Source: Candidatus Kaiserbacteria bacterium RIFCSPLOWO2_01_FULL_45_25 (GTDB taxonomy: Bacteria; Patescibacteriota; Minisyncoccia; Phycocordibacterales; UBA918). Taken from it: a stretch of DNA of 64,000 nt. The DNA is taken from positions 6,672-70,671 of the forward strand of contig MFLT01000003.1 of assembly GCA_001781415.1 (NCBI GenBank), read 5' to 3'. Position numbers and translations under genes: made by a program. The notes under the pieces are model-generated. The model searched no databases and was not told the origin of the DNA. It saw only the letters and a program-made list of their open reading frames with translations. Positions 39,151 to 48,271 of the stretch are shown piece by piece (the first letter of the stretch is position 1; each line of letters begins with the position of its first letter).

Positions 39151-40242
39151 ATGTCAGATTCTACAAACGTAGAAAACACTGGAGCTATGCAAGCGTATGC
39201 TGCAAGTATCCCAGCTGCCCCAAAGGAAGGACAATTAATAGACGGAACCGTCTCAGCTATCGGCCGAGCACGGGTTTTTGTAGACCTACCACCATTTGGT
39301 ACTGGTATCATCTACGGCCGTGAGTACATGAACGCGCGAGACATCCTTCGCAAAGTTTCAGTTGGAGACGGAATTGCTGCCAAGGTAGTAATGTCAGAAA
39401 ACGAAGACGGCTACATCGAACTTTCACTTAAGGAAGCTCGCCAAGCTCTCATCTGGGCTGATGCTGAAGAAGCAGTTAAGCGTGGTTCTATCCTCAGTCT
39501 TGAGGTTAAGGAAGCCAACAAGGGCGGACTTATCATTGAATGGCAAGGTATCCAAGGATTCCTTCCAGCCTCACAGCTTTCAGCTGACAACTACCCACGC
39601 GTAGCTGATGGCGACAAGGACAAGATCCTATCTGCGCTTAACGACCTCATTGGTAAGCACCTCTCAGTAGTAATGATTACTGCCGACCAGAAGGAGCACA
39701 AGCTCATCTTCTCTGAAAAGGGACTCCAAGAAAAAGAAGAGAAGGAAGAAAAGGTTGGTAAGTACGAAGTCGGAGATGTTCTTACTGGAGAAGTTACTGG
39801 AGCAGTTGATTTCGGTATCTTCGTTAAGGTGGAGCAAGGTCTTGAAGGTCTCGTTCACATTTCTGAACTCGACTGGGGTCTCGTTGAAGACACTCGTGCC
39901 CTCTACAAGGTAGGAGATCAAGTAAAGGTTAAGGTAATTGAAGTGAAGGATGACAAGATTTCTCTTTCAATCAAGCAACTTAAGGAGAACCCATGGCAAG
40001 AAGCAGCCAAGAAGTTCAAGAAGGACCAAATTGTTGACGCGGTAGTTATCAAGTACAACAAGCATGGTGCTCTAGCTTCAATCGAAGAAGGAGTAGCTGG
40101 ACTCGTCCACATCTCAGAATTCGAGAAGGAAGAAATGCTTAAGTCTACACTTTCACTTGGAAATGTTTACAAGTTCAAGATTACCCTCTTTGAACCAAAC
40201 GACCAACGTATGACACTTTCATACAAGGAAGCAAATACATAA
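39151..40242 (+). CDS. rpsA: 30S ribosomal protein S1 (4 S1 domains)
   Basis: Repeated S1 motifs NKGGLI, GFLPASQL, EGLVHISELDW, ISLSIKQL. Confidence 0.92.
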   Translation: MSDSTNVENTGAMQAYAASIPAAPKEGQLIDGTVSAIGRARVFVDLPPFGTGIIYGREYMNARDILRKVSVGDGIAAKVVMSENEDGYIELSLKEARQALIWADAEEAVKRGSILSLEVKEANKGGLIIEWQGIQGFLPASQLSADNYPRVADGDKDKILSALNDLIGKHLSVVMITADQKEHKLIFSEKGLQEKEEKEEKVGKYEVGDVLTGEVTGAVDFGIFVKVEQGLEGLVHISELDWGLVEDTRALYKVGDQVKVKVIEVKDDKISLSIKQLKENPWQEAAKKFKKDQIVDAVVIKYNKHGALASIEEGVAGLVHISEFEKEEMLKSTLSLGNVYKFKITLFEPNDQRMTLSYKEANT

Positions 40243-40340
40243 GTAGAAACAAGGAGTGCGAAGCGCGACTATGTTTTACTTAGGCAGACACAACCTTAGC
40301 TTCGACCTCACAGGGAGAAGATAAGGTATGTGGTCCGCCA
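40241..40340 (+). repeat. Family-B structured element, copy 3
   Basis: GGAG-TGCGAAGCG-CGACTAT..GGCAGAC..CGACCTCACAGGGAG..CCGCC. Confidence 0.8.
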
Positions 40341-40442
40341 GGTACTCGAAATTATCATCCTAAGTAATAATTCGAGCGTAGTAGTAATACTACAGAAAAA
40401 GCGACGGTGGCCTTCGGCCACCGTCGCTTTTTGTTGTCATAG

Positions 40443-41030
40443 TTAGTTCCAGGTATTCATCGCCTTCACATACCCCTCGCGCACAATTTCGCAGACGGCT
40501 TTTTGGACGTCTACCAAAATCTCTTCAGAGAGTTGGGTCCGTTCTTTACCAGTGAACTTCCCGAGCACAAAGCGTGGTAACGCGTCACCACTTAGTTGCT
40601 TCGGCTTCCCTGTCCAAAAGCTAGTTGGGCCAACACCGATTCGCACCCGCACAAATTCTTTACTACCCATTACGCCAATAATTGACTTTAGTCCGTTGTG
40701 TCCCCCGTCACCACGATCAAATGAGACCTTTATAGCACCAAACGGCAGCGCTACATCGTCATACAACACCACGAGATTTTTAAGCTCGTCTTTTGAGACC
40801 AATTTTTTGATTGAGTTACCAGAATTATTCATAAAAGTCTCTGGATACAAAAGCCCTACCGACTGGCCGCACAAACTTCCCTCAGCGTATCGACCCTCTA
40901 GGTGACCAGCTTTAGTTGGGACCGGAAGATGTAATGAGTCCACGATAAAATCAAGCGCCAAAAACCCGACGTTGTGTCTGGTGTGTTCATATTCTTTTCC
41001 AGGATTACCGAGTCCGACGATGTAAAACAT
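40443..41030 (-). CDS. pth: Peptidyl-tRNA hydrolase
   Basis: IVGLGNPGKEYEHTRHNVGF, PETFMNNSG, GGHNGLKSI, RVRIGV. Confidence 0.96.
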   Translation of the reverse strand: MFYIVGLGNPGKEYEHTRHNVGFLALDFIVDSLHLPVPTKAGHLEGRYAEGSLCGQSVGLLYPETFMNNSGNSIKKLVSKDELKNLVVLYDDVALPFGAIKVSFDRGDGGHNGLKSIIGVMGSKEFVRVRIGVGPTSFWTGKPKQLSGDALPRFVLGKFTGKERTQLSEEILVDVQKAVCEIVREGYVKAMNTWN

Positions 41031-41084
41031 TAGTGACATTGTACATGAATATCTAGACGAGTAACAAATCTTATTAATTCACTT

Positions 41085-41185
41085 TGCAGGCCACTACAGT
41101 CGACCGCTCCCTGCGGGGTCGCGGCTCGACTAAGTGTCTGACTAAGTTCAAAATAGTCGACGTTTTACGTCTCGTTTTTTCACTC
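41085..41185 (-). repeat. Family-B structured element, copy 4 (minus strand)
   Basis: Reverse complement ACGAG-ACGTAAAACGT-CGACTAT..CAGAC..CGACCCCGCAGGGAG..CCTGC. Confidence 0.8.
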
Positions 41186-41230
41186 ATTGTTTTTAGTTTT
41201 TTCTTAAAGTATAATAGTGAAACTTTTGCT

Positions 41231-41878
41231 ATGAATCTGTTCTCACACCAACAAAAAGACTTCACTGATGCTGATATCGATGGATCAGTTGAGACAGAGA
41301 CATCTAACAACAAACCGTCCGAAAACTCACTTTTGGAAATTATCCGCTTTTCACTGATTGCCCTTTTGATTGTGGTACCAGTGCGGATGTTTATCGCTCA
41401 GCCTTTCATCGTCTCTGGCGCCTCAATGGAAACCACTTTCCACAATGGCGAATACCTGATTGTTGACCAAGTCAGCTACCACCTACATTCACCAGAGCGT
41501 GGTGACGTGGTTATTTTCCGCTACCCGCGTGACCCGTCCAAGTACTTCATCAAGCGAATTATCGGTATTCCTGGTGACACAATCACCATTGAAGGCAGTA
41601 CGGTCACAATCGTAAACGAAGCCAACCCAGAAGGCTTTACCGTCAACGAGCCATACATCAAATCAATGCGCGATGGTGTCACTATTACTGAAGAACTCGG
41701 TGACCGTGAGTACTTTGTGATGGGAGATAACCGTGACGAAAGTTCTGATTCCCGTGTCTGGGGCGTACTCCAAGAGGAGCGAATTATTGGTAAGGCGTTT
41801 TTGCGCCTATTCCCACCAAAAGTGTTTGACGTATTACCTGGAGCAGCTGATGAAGCAGTTATGAATAGTGTCGAATAA
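41231..41878 (+). CDS. lepB: Signal peptidase I
   Basis: VSGASM, FIKRIIGIPGD, FVMGDNRDESSDSR. Confidence 0.95.
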   Translation: MNLFSHQQKDFTDADIDGSVETETSNNKPSENSLLEIIRFSLIALLIVVPVRMFIAQPFIVSGASMETTFHNGEYLIVDQVSYHLHSPERGDVVIFRYPRDPSKYFIKRIIGIPGDTITIEGSTVTIVNEANPEGFTVNEPYIKSMRDGVTITEELGDREYFVMGDNRDESSDSRVWGVLQEERIIGKAFLRLFPPKVFDVLPGAADEAVMNSVE

Positions 41879-41891
41879 TTATTTAGATCTT

Positions 41892-43058
41892 ATGAAATAT
41901 TCACCAACAGAGTTTCTCAAGATTGCGACCAATACCGCGGAACACTTCGGCTTCCGGACAGCTGACGTAGTCAAAAAAGACCCACTCTGCAAAAACTGTG
42001 AAGTTTCACTGCCCTACTCAGACACCCCCGAAGACAAAAAGAACTTTTCCGAACAATTCCTACTCACGAGCAGTGTCTCAACTTTCTGCAACGACAACCT
42101 CCACGCCATCAAAGCACCGGTACTTTTGTATTCTCTTGAGCAACTCCCACAGATAGACAGTACTGCCGTTACCTTTAGTATTTTCAACGTCCAAAAAAGT
42201 ATTGCTGAAGCCATCCTCATTCAAGCTGGACGTTCACTCATGCAAGAGCTCGGACATGAGGACCATGTAGTACGTATCAATTCACTTGGCGATACCGAAT
42301 CAAGTACTCGCTACAGTCGAGAGCTCACCAACTTCCTTCGTAAGCGACTTGATGTCATGCCAACTGATGCTCGTGAACTAATGAAAGAACACCCACTCTT
42401 AGCCCTCATGAGTCTCTTGAAGCAAGAGCATGACCTCGCCTACCGTAGCCCAAATCCACTCGAATACTTGAGTGACCAAAGTCGCAAACACTTCCGAGAG
42501 ATTGTGGAGTATTTGGATATGACAGAGACACCATACGAAATTGATCCAAAAATGATTGGACACCACGAGTATTACTCAGATGCCCTTTTCTCTATCGAAG
42601 CTATTGGTGAGCGAGAACCACTAGCACCAACTGTGTCAGTCCAAGGTGGTCGCTACGATGAGTACATGTACCGCAAGACTCGCAGTCGTATCCCAGCCGC
42701 CGGTGCCGTAATCACCTACAGCAACGGCAAGCAACCAGCTCGCATGCCGAAGGGTAAGTCAGTGAATCCAGAAGTGTATGTAGTACAGCTAGGTTTTGGT
42801 CCAAAGGTCCGTAGTCTGATGGTAATTGACCAGCTCAAGCACGCTGGAATCCCCGTACGGCACGATTTGGCTAGTGATTCGCTCTCAGCCCAACTACGTG
42901 ACGCCGAAGCTCGTGGCGTGCGTTATACGGTCATTATCGGCCAGAAGGAGTTTGTCGACCAAACCGTCATCCTCCGCGATATGCGCGAACGAAATCAGGA
43001 GAATATCCCACTTGATGCCATGATAAAAAGACTCAAGAAGCAACTGACCGTCAGCTAG
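41892..43058 (+). CDS. Degenerate HisRS-like protein with C-terminal anticodon-binding domain
   Basis: INSLG, GGRYD, SLSAQLRDAE..VIIGQKE..ILRDM; class II motif 2 is not recognisable. Confidence 0.75.
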   Translation: MKYSPTEFLKIATNTAEHFGFRTADVVKKDPLCKNCEVSLPYSDTPEDKKNFSEQFLLTSSVSTFCNDNLHAIKAPVLLYSLEQLPQIDSTAVTFSIFNVQKSIAEAILIQAGRSLMQELGHEDHVVRINSLGDTESSTRYSRELTNFLRKRLDVMPTDARELMKEHPLLALMSLLKQEHDLAYRSPNPLEYLSDQSRKHFREIVEYLDMTETPYEIDPKMIGHHEYYSDALFSIEAIGEREPLAPTVSVQGGRYDEYMYRKTRSRIPAAGAVITYSNGKQPARMPKGKSVNPEVYVVQLGFGPKVRSLMVIDQLKHAGIPVRHDLASDSLSAQLRDAEARGVRYTVIIGQKEFVDQTVILRDMRERNQENIPLDAMIKRLKKQLTVS

Positions 43059-43118
43059 AACCCGTCTAGATTACCCCCTTGCACATATGAGCGCTTAATG
43101 ATAAGCTCTTGCTCACAT

Positions 43119-43364
43119 ATGGCAACAAACGTCCAAGTAGATAAAAATAACAACGAAAGCAGTGCGAACGTAATTCGCCGCTTTACCAAGCGTGTGCAAG
43201 GCGCAGGTATCGTACCAAAGGTACGAGCTGGCCGTTACTACACTCGTCTAAAGAGTCGAAACGTACAACGTTTTGCAAAGCTAAAGAAGCTCGCTAAGAA
43301 AGAAACTTACGAAAAACTTCTCAAGCTAGGAAAGATTGCAGAACAACGAAGCTATCGCCGCTAA
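43119..43364 (+). CDS. rpsU: Small basic protein, probable ribosomal protein bS21-like
   Basis: ESSANVIRRFTKRVQGAGI..RYY pattern; highly basic. Confidence 0.65.
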   Translation: MATNVQVDKNNNESSANVIRRFTKRVQGAGIVPKVRAGRYYTRLKSRNVQRFAKLKKLAKKETYEKLLKLGKIAEQRSYRR

Positions 43365-43427
43365 ACCAAAAACCCTTCTCTACTGAGAGGGGTTTTTGTT
43401 TGCTCAACCGTATGTCATACTGAAGCT

Positions 43428-43814
43428 ATGTCAGACAACACATTTTCTCTTTCGAGCACCATCGCCCACTACCCAACCTTTCCTTATCGTGAAATGAAAG
43501 ATGCCATCCTCGGCAAGAAGTACGAGCTATCAGTGGCCTTTGTTGGGACTGCCCGAGCCCAAAAGCTAAACGTTGCCTACCGCCAGAAGACGTATGTACC
43601 AAACGTCCTATCCTTCCCACTAGATGATGCTCACGGCGAAATTTACCTCTGCCCAGAAATTGCCTATCCTGAGGCCAAAGACTTCAATCTAACCAAAGAC
43701 GGCTACATTGCATTTCTATTTATCCACGGCTTACTTCATTTGAAAGGTCATGACCATGGCGCTACAATGGAAGCATTAGAGCAGCGCTATATGAAACGCT
43801 TCAACATCGCGTAA
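43428..43814 (+). CDS. ybeY: rRNA maturation endoribonuclease YbeY
   Basis: LNVAYR, NVLSFP, GEIYL, IHGLLHLKGHDH. Confidence 0.92.
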   Translation: MSDNTFSLSSTIAHYPTFPYREMKDAILGKKYELSVAFVGTARAQKLNVAYRQKTYVPNVLSFPLDDAHGEIYLCPEIAYPEAKDFNLTKDGYIAFLFIHGLLHLKGHDHGATMEALEQRYMKRFNIA

Positions 43815-43831
43815 GCTCTTTGTAATCCACT

Positions 43832-45001
43832 ATGGCCGAACACATCATCACAGGTATCGACGTCGGAACCTACCATGTAAAAGTGGCGATTGCTCGCCTG
43901 CCAAAAAACGGCCACGAGCGAGTTGTACCCGAAATCATCGGGACTGGTTTTGCTGAGACTCGTGGCCTCAAAAGTGGCTACATTCTCCAAAGTGACGAAG
44001 TGGCACGCAGCATCAAAAGTGCCATCGCCCAAGCCGAGAAGAGTGCTGGCGTTATCGTCAAACGGGCCCATGTAGCGATTGGAAGTATCGGACTTGAGGA
44101 AACATACTCTAGGGGCGAAATTATCCCAGCCCGAGCTGATTCAGAGGTTACTTCAACTGACGTTGAGAAGGTCATGCAAGACAGTGAAGACCGCATTATC
44201 GACCACATTCCCAATCGACGCATCTTACACAGTATCCCCCTTCGCTACACTGTTGACGGTGCTGAAGTACTTGGCCGCCCTCAGGGCATGCGTGGGACCA
44301 AGCTTGAAGTTGATACCCTTTTCATTACTTCCTACGAGCAGCACATCAACGACCTTATGAGTGCCATTGAAAGTATCGGCGTATACGTGGAGGATGTCAT
44401 TGCTTCCCCACTGGCCGCTAGCTTTGTAATGCTCAACAAGACCCAGAAACGGGCTGGCTGCATTCTGGCCAATATCGGCTCAGAGACCACCTCTATCGTC
44501 GTCTTTGAAGACGCCACCCCAATCTCACTCAAGATCTTCCCGACTGGCTCAAACGATATCACCAACGACATTGCCCTTGGACTCAAGGTACCAATCGAAG
44601 AAGCAGAGAAGATTAAACGTGGCGGTATGACGAGTGCTACTTACTCCAAGAAGCGCTTAGATGAAATTATCCAAAGTCGCCTCACTACCATCTTTACCCT
44701 CATTGACGGACACCTCAAAAAAATCAAACGCGATGGTTTACTTCCGGCTGGCATCATCCTTACTGGTGGAGGATCAAATACCCACAACATCACTGACGTG
44801 GCCAAAAATATTCTCTCTCTTCCAGCCAGAACTGCTACTCTTGAAATCGGCAAGAACACCAAAGTAAAGGACGCAACTTGGGCTGTAGCTTACGGACTAT
44901 GCATGTGGGGCGCGAGTGATACTGAAGATACTTCTACTCTAGGAATTGTGAAGCAAACAAAAAAGAGCCTATTTTCTTGGTTTAATCAATTCCTTCCGTA
45001 A
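43832..45001 (+). CDS. ftsA: Cell division protein FtsA
   Basis: GIDVGT, NIGSETT, ITNDIA, AEKIK, GIILTGGGS; directly upstream of ftsZ. Confidence 0.93.
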   Translation: MAEHIITGIDVGTYHVKVAIARLPKNGHERVVPEIIGTGFAETRGLKSGYILQSDEVARSIKSAIAQAEKSAGVIVKRAHVAIGSIGLEETYSRGEIIPARADSEVTSTDVEKVMQDSEDRIIDHIPNRRILHSIPLRYTVDGAEVLGRPQGMRGTKLEVDTLFITSYEQHINDLMSAIESIGVYVEDVIASPLAASFVMLNKTQKRAGCILANIGSETTSIVVFEDATPISLKIFPTGSNDITNDIALGLKVPIEEAEKIKRGGMTSATYSKKRLDEIIQSRLTTIFTLIDGHLKKIKRDGLLPAGIILTGGGSNTHNITDVAKNILSLPARTATLEIGKNTKVKDATWAVAYGLCMWGASDTEDTSTLGIVKQTKKSLFSWFNQFLP

Positions 45002-45145
45002 CACAAATTCTTTTGTGTCAAACACACGAATTTGATTGATGTCAATATCGTGACAGATAGTTTTATCCGCTGTATGATTACGGAGCTTATTAAATAAAGG
45101 TACTCAGGGGTGGGTACGAGCACAATTTTTTATTACACAAAATTT

Positions 45146-46393
45146 ATGGAACAAATTAAATCAGACGTTGAATCTTTCGCACGTATCCGAGTAATTGGAG
45201 TTGGAGGTTCTGGTAACAATGCCGTGAACTACATGGTGGGCTCAAAAGTTAAGGGTGTAGAATTTATTGCCATTAACAGTGACGCACAAGATTTGCATCA
45301 CTCACTAGCAAAGAAGAAAATTCACATCGGTAAAAATCTTACTCGTGGACTAGGAGCTGGTGGTAATCCTGAACAGGGACGCCGAGCCGCTGAAGAGACA
45401 CGTGAGGAAATTAATAACTCCATCAAGGGCTCAGACATGATCTTTGTTACTTGTGGTATGGGTGGTGGAACAGGTACTGGAGCTGCTCCAGTTATTGCCA
45501 AGATCGCTCGCGAAAGTGGCGCCCTAACTGTTGGTGTTGTAACCAAGCCATTCCTATTTGAAGGACAAGAGCGTATGCGCTTGGCCCTCCAAGGAATTGA
45601 AGAGCTCAAGAAGGAAGTAGACGCTCTCATCACCATCCCAAACGACCGACTCCTCGCTATCGTTGATCGCGAAACTACCGTCCGCAATGCCTTTGAGCAG
45701 TGTGACAATGTACTCAAGCAAGCTGTTGAAGGTATCTCTGACCTCATCACAATGCCAGGTATCATCAACGTCGACTTTGCCGACATCCGTAGTGTGATGG
45801 AAAACGCTGGTTCAGCTCTCATGGGTGTAGGTGTATCAACTGGCGAAAAGCGTGCTGAAGAAGCCGCTCGCTCAGCGATTAATTCCCCACTCCTTGAAGT
45901 ATCTATTACTGGAGCTAAGGGTGTACTCTTTGCCATTGCTGGTGGAGACGACCTCGCCATGCTCGAAGTACAAGATGCCGCTCGTATCATTACAGAATCA
46001 ATCGACCCACATGCCAAGGTTATCTTTGGAGCGATTAAAGACGAGAAGCTAAAGAAGAATGAGATTAAAGTAACTGTGATTGCAACCGGTTTCCCAGAAG
46101 AAACTAGTGGTACACAAAACACCATCTCTCGTCGCATACCAACCGCAGCGCCAAGTCGAGTGGAGCCAGAAGATGAAATGGTGGAGCCATCTCGTGGCAA
46201 AATCTTCAACTCTCTATCAGTACCACGACGTCCCGAAGCAGAGATGACTCCAGAACCAACCATGTCTCAGGCTGCACCTAAGGCACCAGAAATGCTAAAG
46301 CGTGATCCAAAGCCAGTTGATCCTATTGACGAGGATGATGGGGATGACTGGGGGGCAGTGCCTGCTTTCCTACGTAGGTCAAAGTTGAAATAG
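45146..46393 (+). CDS. ftsZ: Cell division protein FtsZ
   Basis: [17 protein letters not shown]-terminal VPAFLRR. Confidence 0.98.
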   Translation: MEQIKSDVESFARIRVIGVGGSGNNAVNYMVGSKVKGVEFIAINSDAQDLHHSLAKKKIHIGKNLTRGLGAGGNPEQGRRAAEETREEINNSIKGSDMIFVTCGMGGGTGTGAAPVIAKIARESGALTVGVVTKPFLFEGQERMRLALQGIEELKKEVDALITIPNDRLLAIVDRETTVRNAFEQCDNVLKQAVEGISDLITMPGIINVDFADIRSVMENAGSALMGVGVSTGEKRAEEAARSAINSPLLEVSITGAKGVLFAIAGGDDLAMLEVQDAARIITESIDPHAKVIFGAIKDEKLKKNEIKVTVIATGFPEETSGTQNTISRRIPTAAPSRVEPEDEMVEPSRGKIFNSLSVPRRPEAEMTPEPTMSQAAPKAPEMLKRDPKPVDPIDEDDGDDWGAVPAFLRRSKLK

Positions 46394-46447
46394 GAAGTAT
46401 CTACTTACCTCGTAGTACTTATTACTCTCTGTAGCAGGCACTGCCGG

Positions 46448-46559
46448 ACGGAGCGTAGTGAGTCGCCCCTTTCCTAGGGCGACGAACCGCGAGTCGGGGT
46501 CGAGAACACTTAGTAGAATTTTGCACGAAGTGCTAAATTATACTTAGTGATTCGTGACC
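46448..46559 (+). repeat. Family-A core element not linked to a tRNA
   Basis: ACGGAGCG..GGGGTCGAGAACACTTAG..CTTAGTGATTCGTGACC, closely matching 11608-11700. Confidence 0.85.
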
Positions 46560-46660
46560 GGTGCCGGTATATCTTTTAACAAAACCCGCCTCTAGGCGGG
46601 TTTTGTTAAAATTAATCATTCTTATATCGCCCTCTAGCAGACACTGCCGGCCGCAGCGAA

Positions 46661-46762
46661 AAGTGAACAAACGAGACGCAAAGCGTCGACTATTGTGAAC
46701 TTATGCAGAAGTAATATTATTTTCGACCCACAAGGGAGAAAATAATATATACTTCCTGCAAG
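46661..46762 (+). repeat. Family-B structured element, copy 5
   Basis: AACAAACGAG-ACGCAAAGCGT-CGACTAT..TGCAGA..CGACCCACAAGGGAG..CCTGCA. Confidence 0.8.
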
Positions 46763-46880
46763 TAAGTCCCTCGACAATACCTCTCCCCAAAACCCCACCG
46801 GCCCCACGCCGATGGGGTTTTGCTGTTAACTCCTCTTGCGGTACAATAGGCTCCACTAACACATAATATTGAATACTGAT

Positions 46881-47804
46881 ATGTACGAACTAACGATTAT
46901 TGGAGGAGGGCCAGCCGGAGTAGCAGCCGGAGTATACGCTTCACGCAAGCAACTTCGAACACTATTTATTACTAAAGAATGGGGTGGCCAAAGTATCGTT
47001 TCAACAGATATTCAAAACTGGATTGGTACTCCATCAATCAGCGGCAGCAAGCTCGCTAGTGACCTCCGTGGTCACCTCGAAGCTTATGCTGGAGAGTACG
47101 TAGATATCAAATCAGGTTCACTAGTAACCAAGATTGAAAAGGCGGAGGAAGGCTTTACCATCCATATGACTTCAGGTGAAACTATCTCTACCAAGACAAT
47201 ATTGGTAGCCAGTGGCTCAGAGCGACGCAAGCTTGATGCTATCAATGCAGACATCTTTGAACACAAGGGACTTACCTACTGTGCTAGTTGTGACGGACCA
47301 ATGTTTGGTGGCCAAGACGTAGTGGTGGTTGGTGGTGGTAACGCAGCTTTTGAGACCGCAGCGCAGCTTCTAGCGTACGCCAAGAGTGTAACTTTGCTCC
47401 AACGCGGCGACGCCTACAAAGCAGATCCTGTGACTGTAGAGCATGTCCTCTCACATCCCAACATGACTGGTATCCTAAACGCCCATGTAACAGAAGTGGC
47501 TGGAGATAAATTCGTATCAGGCCTCACCTATCTAGACGCCACCACCAATACTCCTGTGACTTTGGCGACAGCGGGAATCTTTGTTGAAATTGGCATGCTG
47601 CCAAACACAAGTTACCTGGGAGACGTTGTCGAGCTAGACCAATACAAACGAGTAGTGATTGATCCTTGGACTCAAAAGACCTCTACCCCAGGTATCTGGG
47701 CCGCTGGTGACTGCACCAACGTCCTCTACCACCAAAACAACATCGCTGCTGGCGATGCGGTGCGGGCCCTGGAAGATATTTACATGGCTCTCAAAGCACA
47801 CTAA
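46881..47804 (+). CDS. trxB: Thioredoxin-disulfide reductase (TrxB/AhpF-like)
   Basis: IIGGGPAG, YCASCDG, VVGGGNAA, GIWAAGD. Confidence 0.9.
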   Translation: MYELTIIGGGPAGVAAGVYASRKQLRTLFITKEWGGQSIVSTDIQNWIGTPSISGSKLASDLRGHLEAYAGEYVDIKSGSLVTKIEKAEEGFTIHMTSGETISTKTILVASGSERRKLDAINADIFEHKGLTYCASCDGPMFGGQDVVVVGGGNAAFETAAQLLAYAKSVTLLQRGDAYKADPVTVEHVLSHPNMTGILNAHVTEVAGDKFVSGLTYLDATTNTPVTLATAGIFVEIGMLPNTSYLGDVVELDQYKRVVIDPWTQKTSTPGIWAAGDCTNVLYHQNNIAAGDAVRALEDIYMALKAH

Positions 47805-48199
47805 CCAAAACACCCGAGCAACGTAAAAGGCGCCCCTCCAGGCGCCTTTTACTTTGTACAACGTAGAGTTTTGGCCTGCGCGCTTTGCTCGTATTACCGA
47901 GCGTTGTATAGAGATACATCACCACCGCGCAAACCTGTGTATAGCTTCCCATGGGTAAGTACGAGCGTCAACGAAATATTTAAACCTTATTTTGAGCCAC
48001 CCTGTGCATAAACCTGTGCAAAACACCATGTATAACCACTGGTATATCCCCAGTGATAACTATGAGCAAAAGTCTTTGCATTAATTTAGCGATTGTAAGT
48101 GGGTTTTCCTCCCATTTCTACCTCAAATCAAAAGCAACCAAAAGAGTGGAGTTTTCTGGTATCTTTGCTACTATAGTGCGCACAGAGCAGAAGTTATAT

Positions 48200-48271
48200 G
48201 GCCCTATCGTATAACGGCTAGTACACAGGATTCTCATTCCTGGAATCGGAGTTCGATTCTCCGTAGGGTCA
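48200..48271 (+). tRNA. tRNA-Glu(CUC)
   Basis: GGCCCTA..TAGGGTC; CAGGA-TTCTCAT-TCCTG; TTCGATT. Confidence 0.94.

Noticed and set aside
41084-41230. N-terminal extension of LepB in the ORF track
   Set aside because: It runs through a family-B element; ATG 41231 follows a TATAAT box and gives a normal-length protein.
45322-46263. 313-aa minus-strand ORF (also 20786-21655 and 35134-35796)
   Set aside because: Antisense shadows of ftsZ, clpB and gyrA with no family features.
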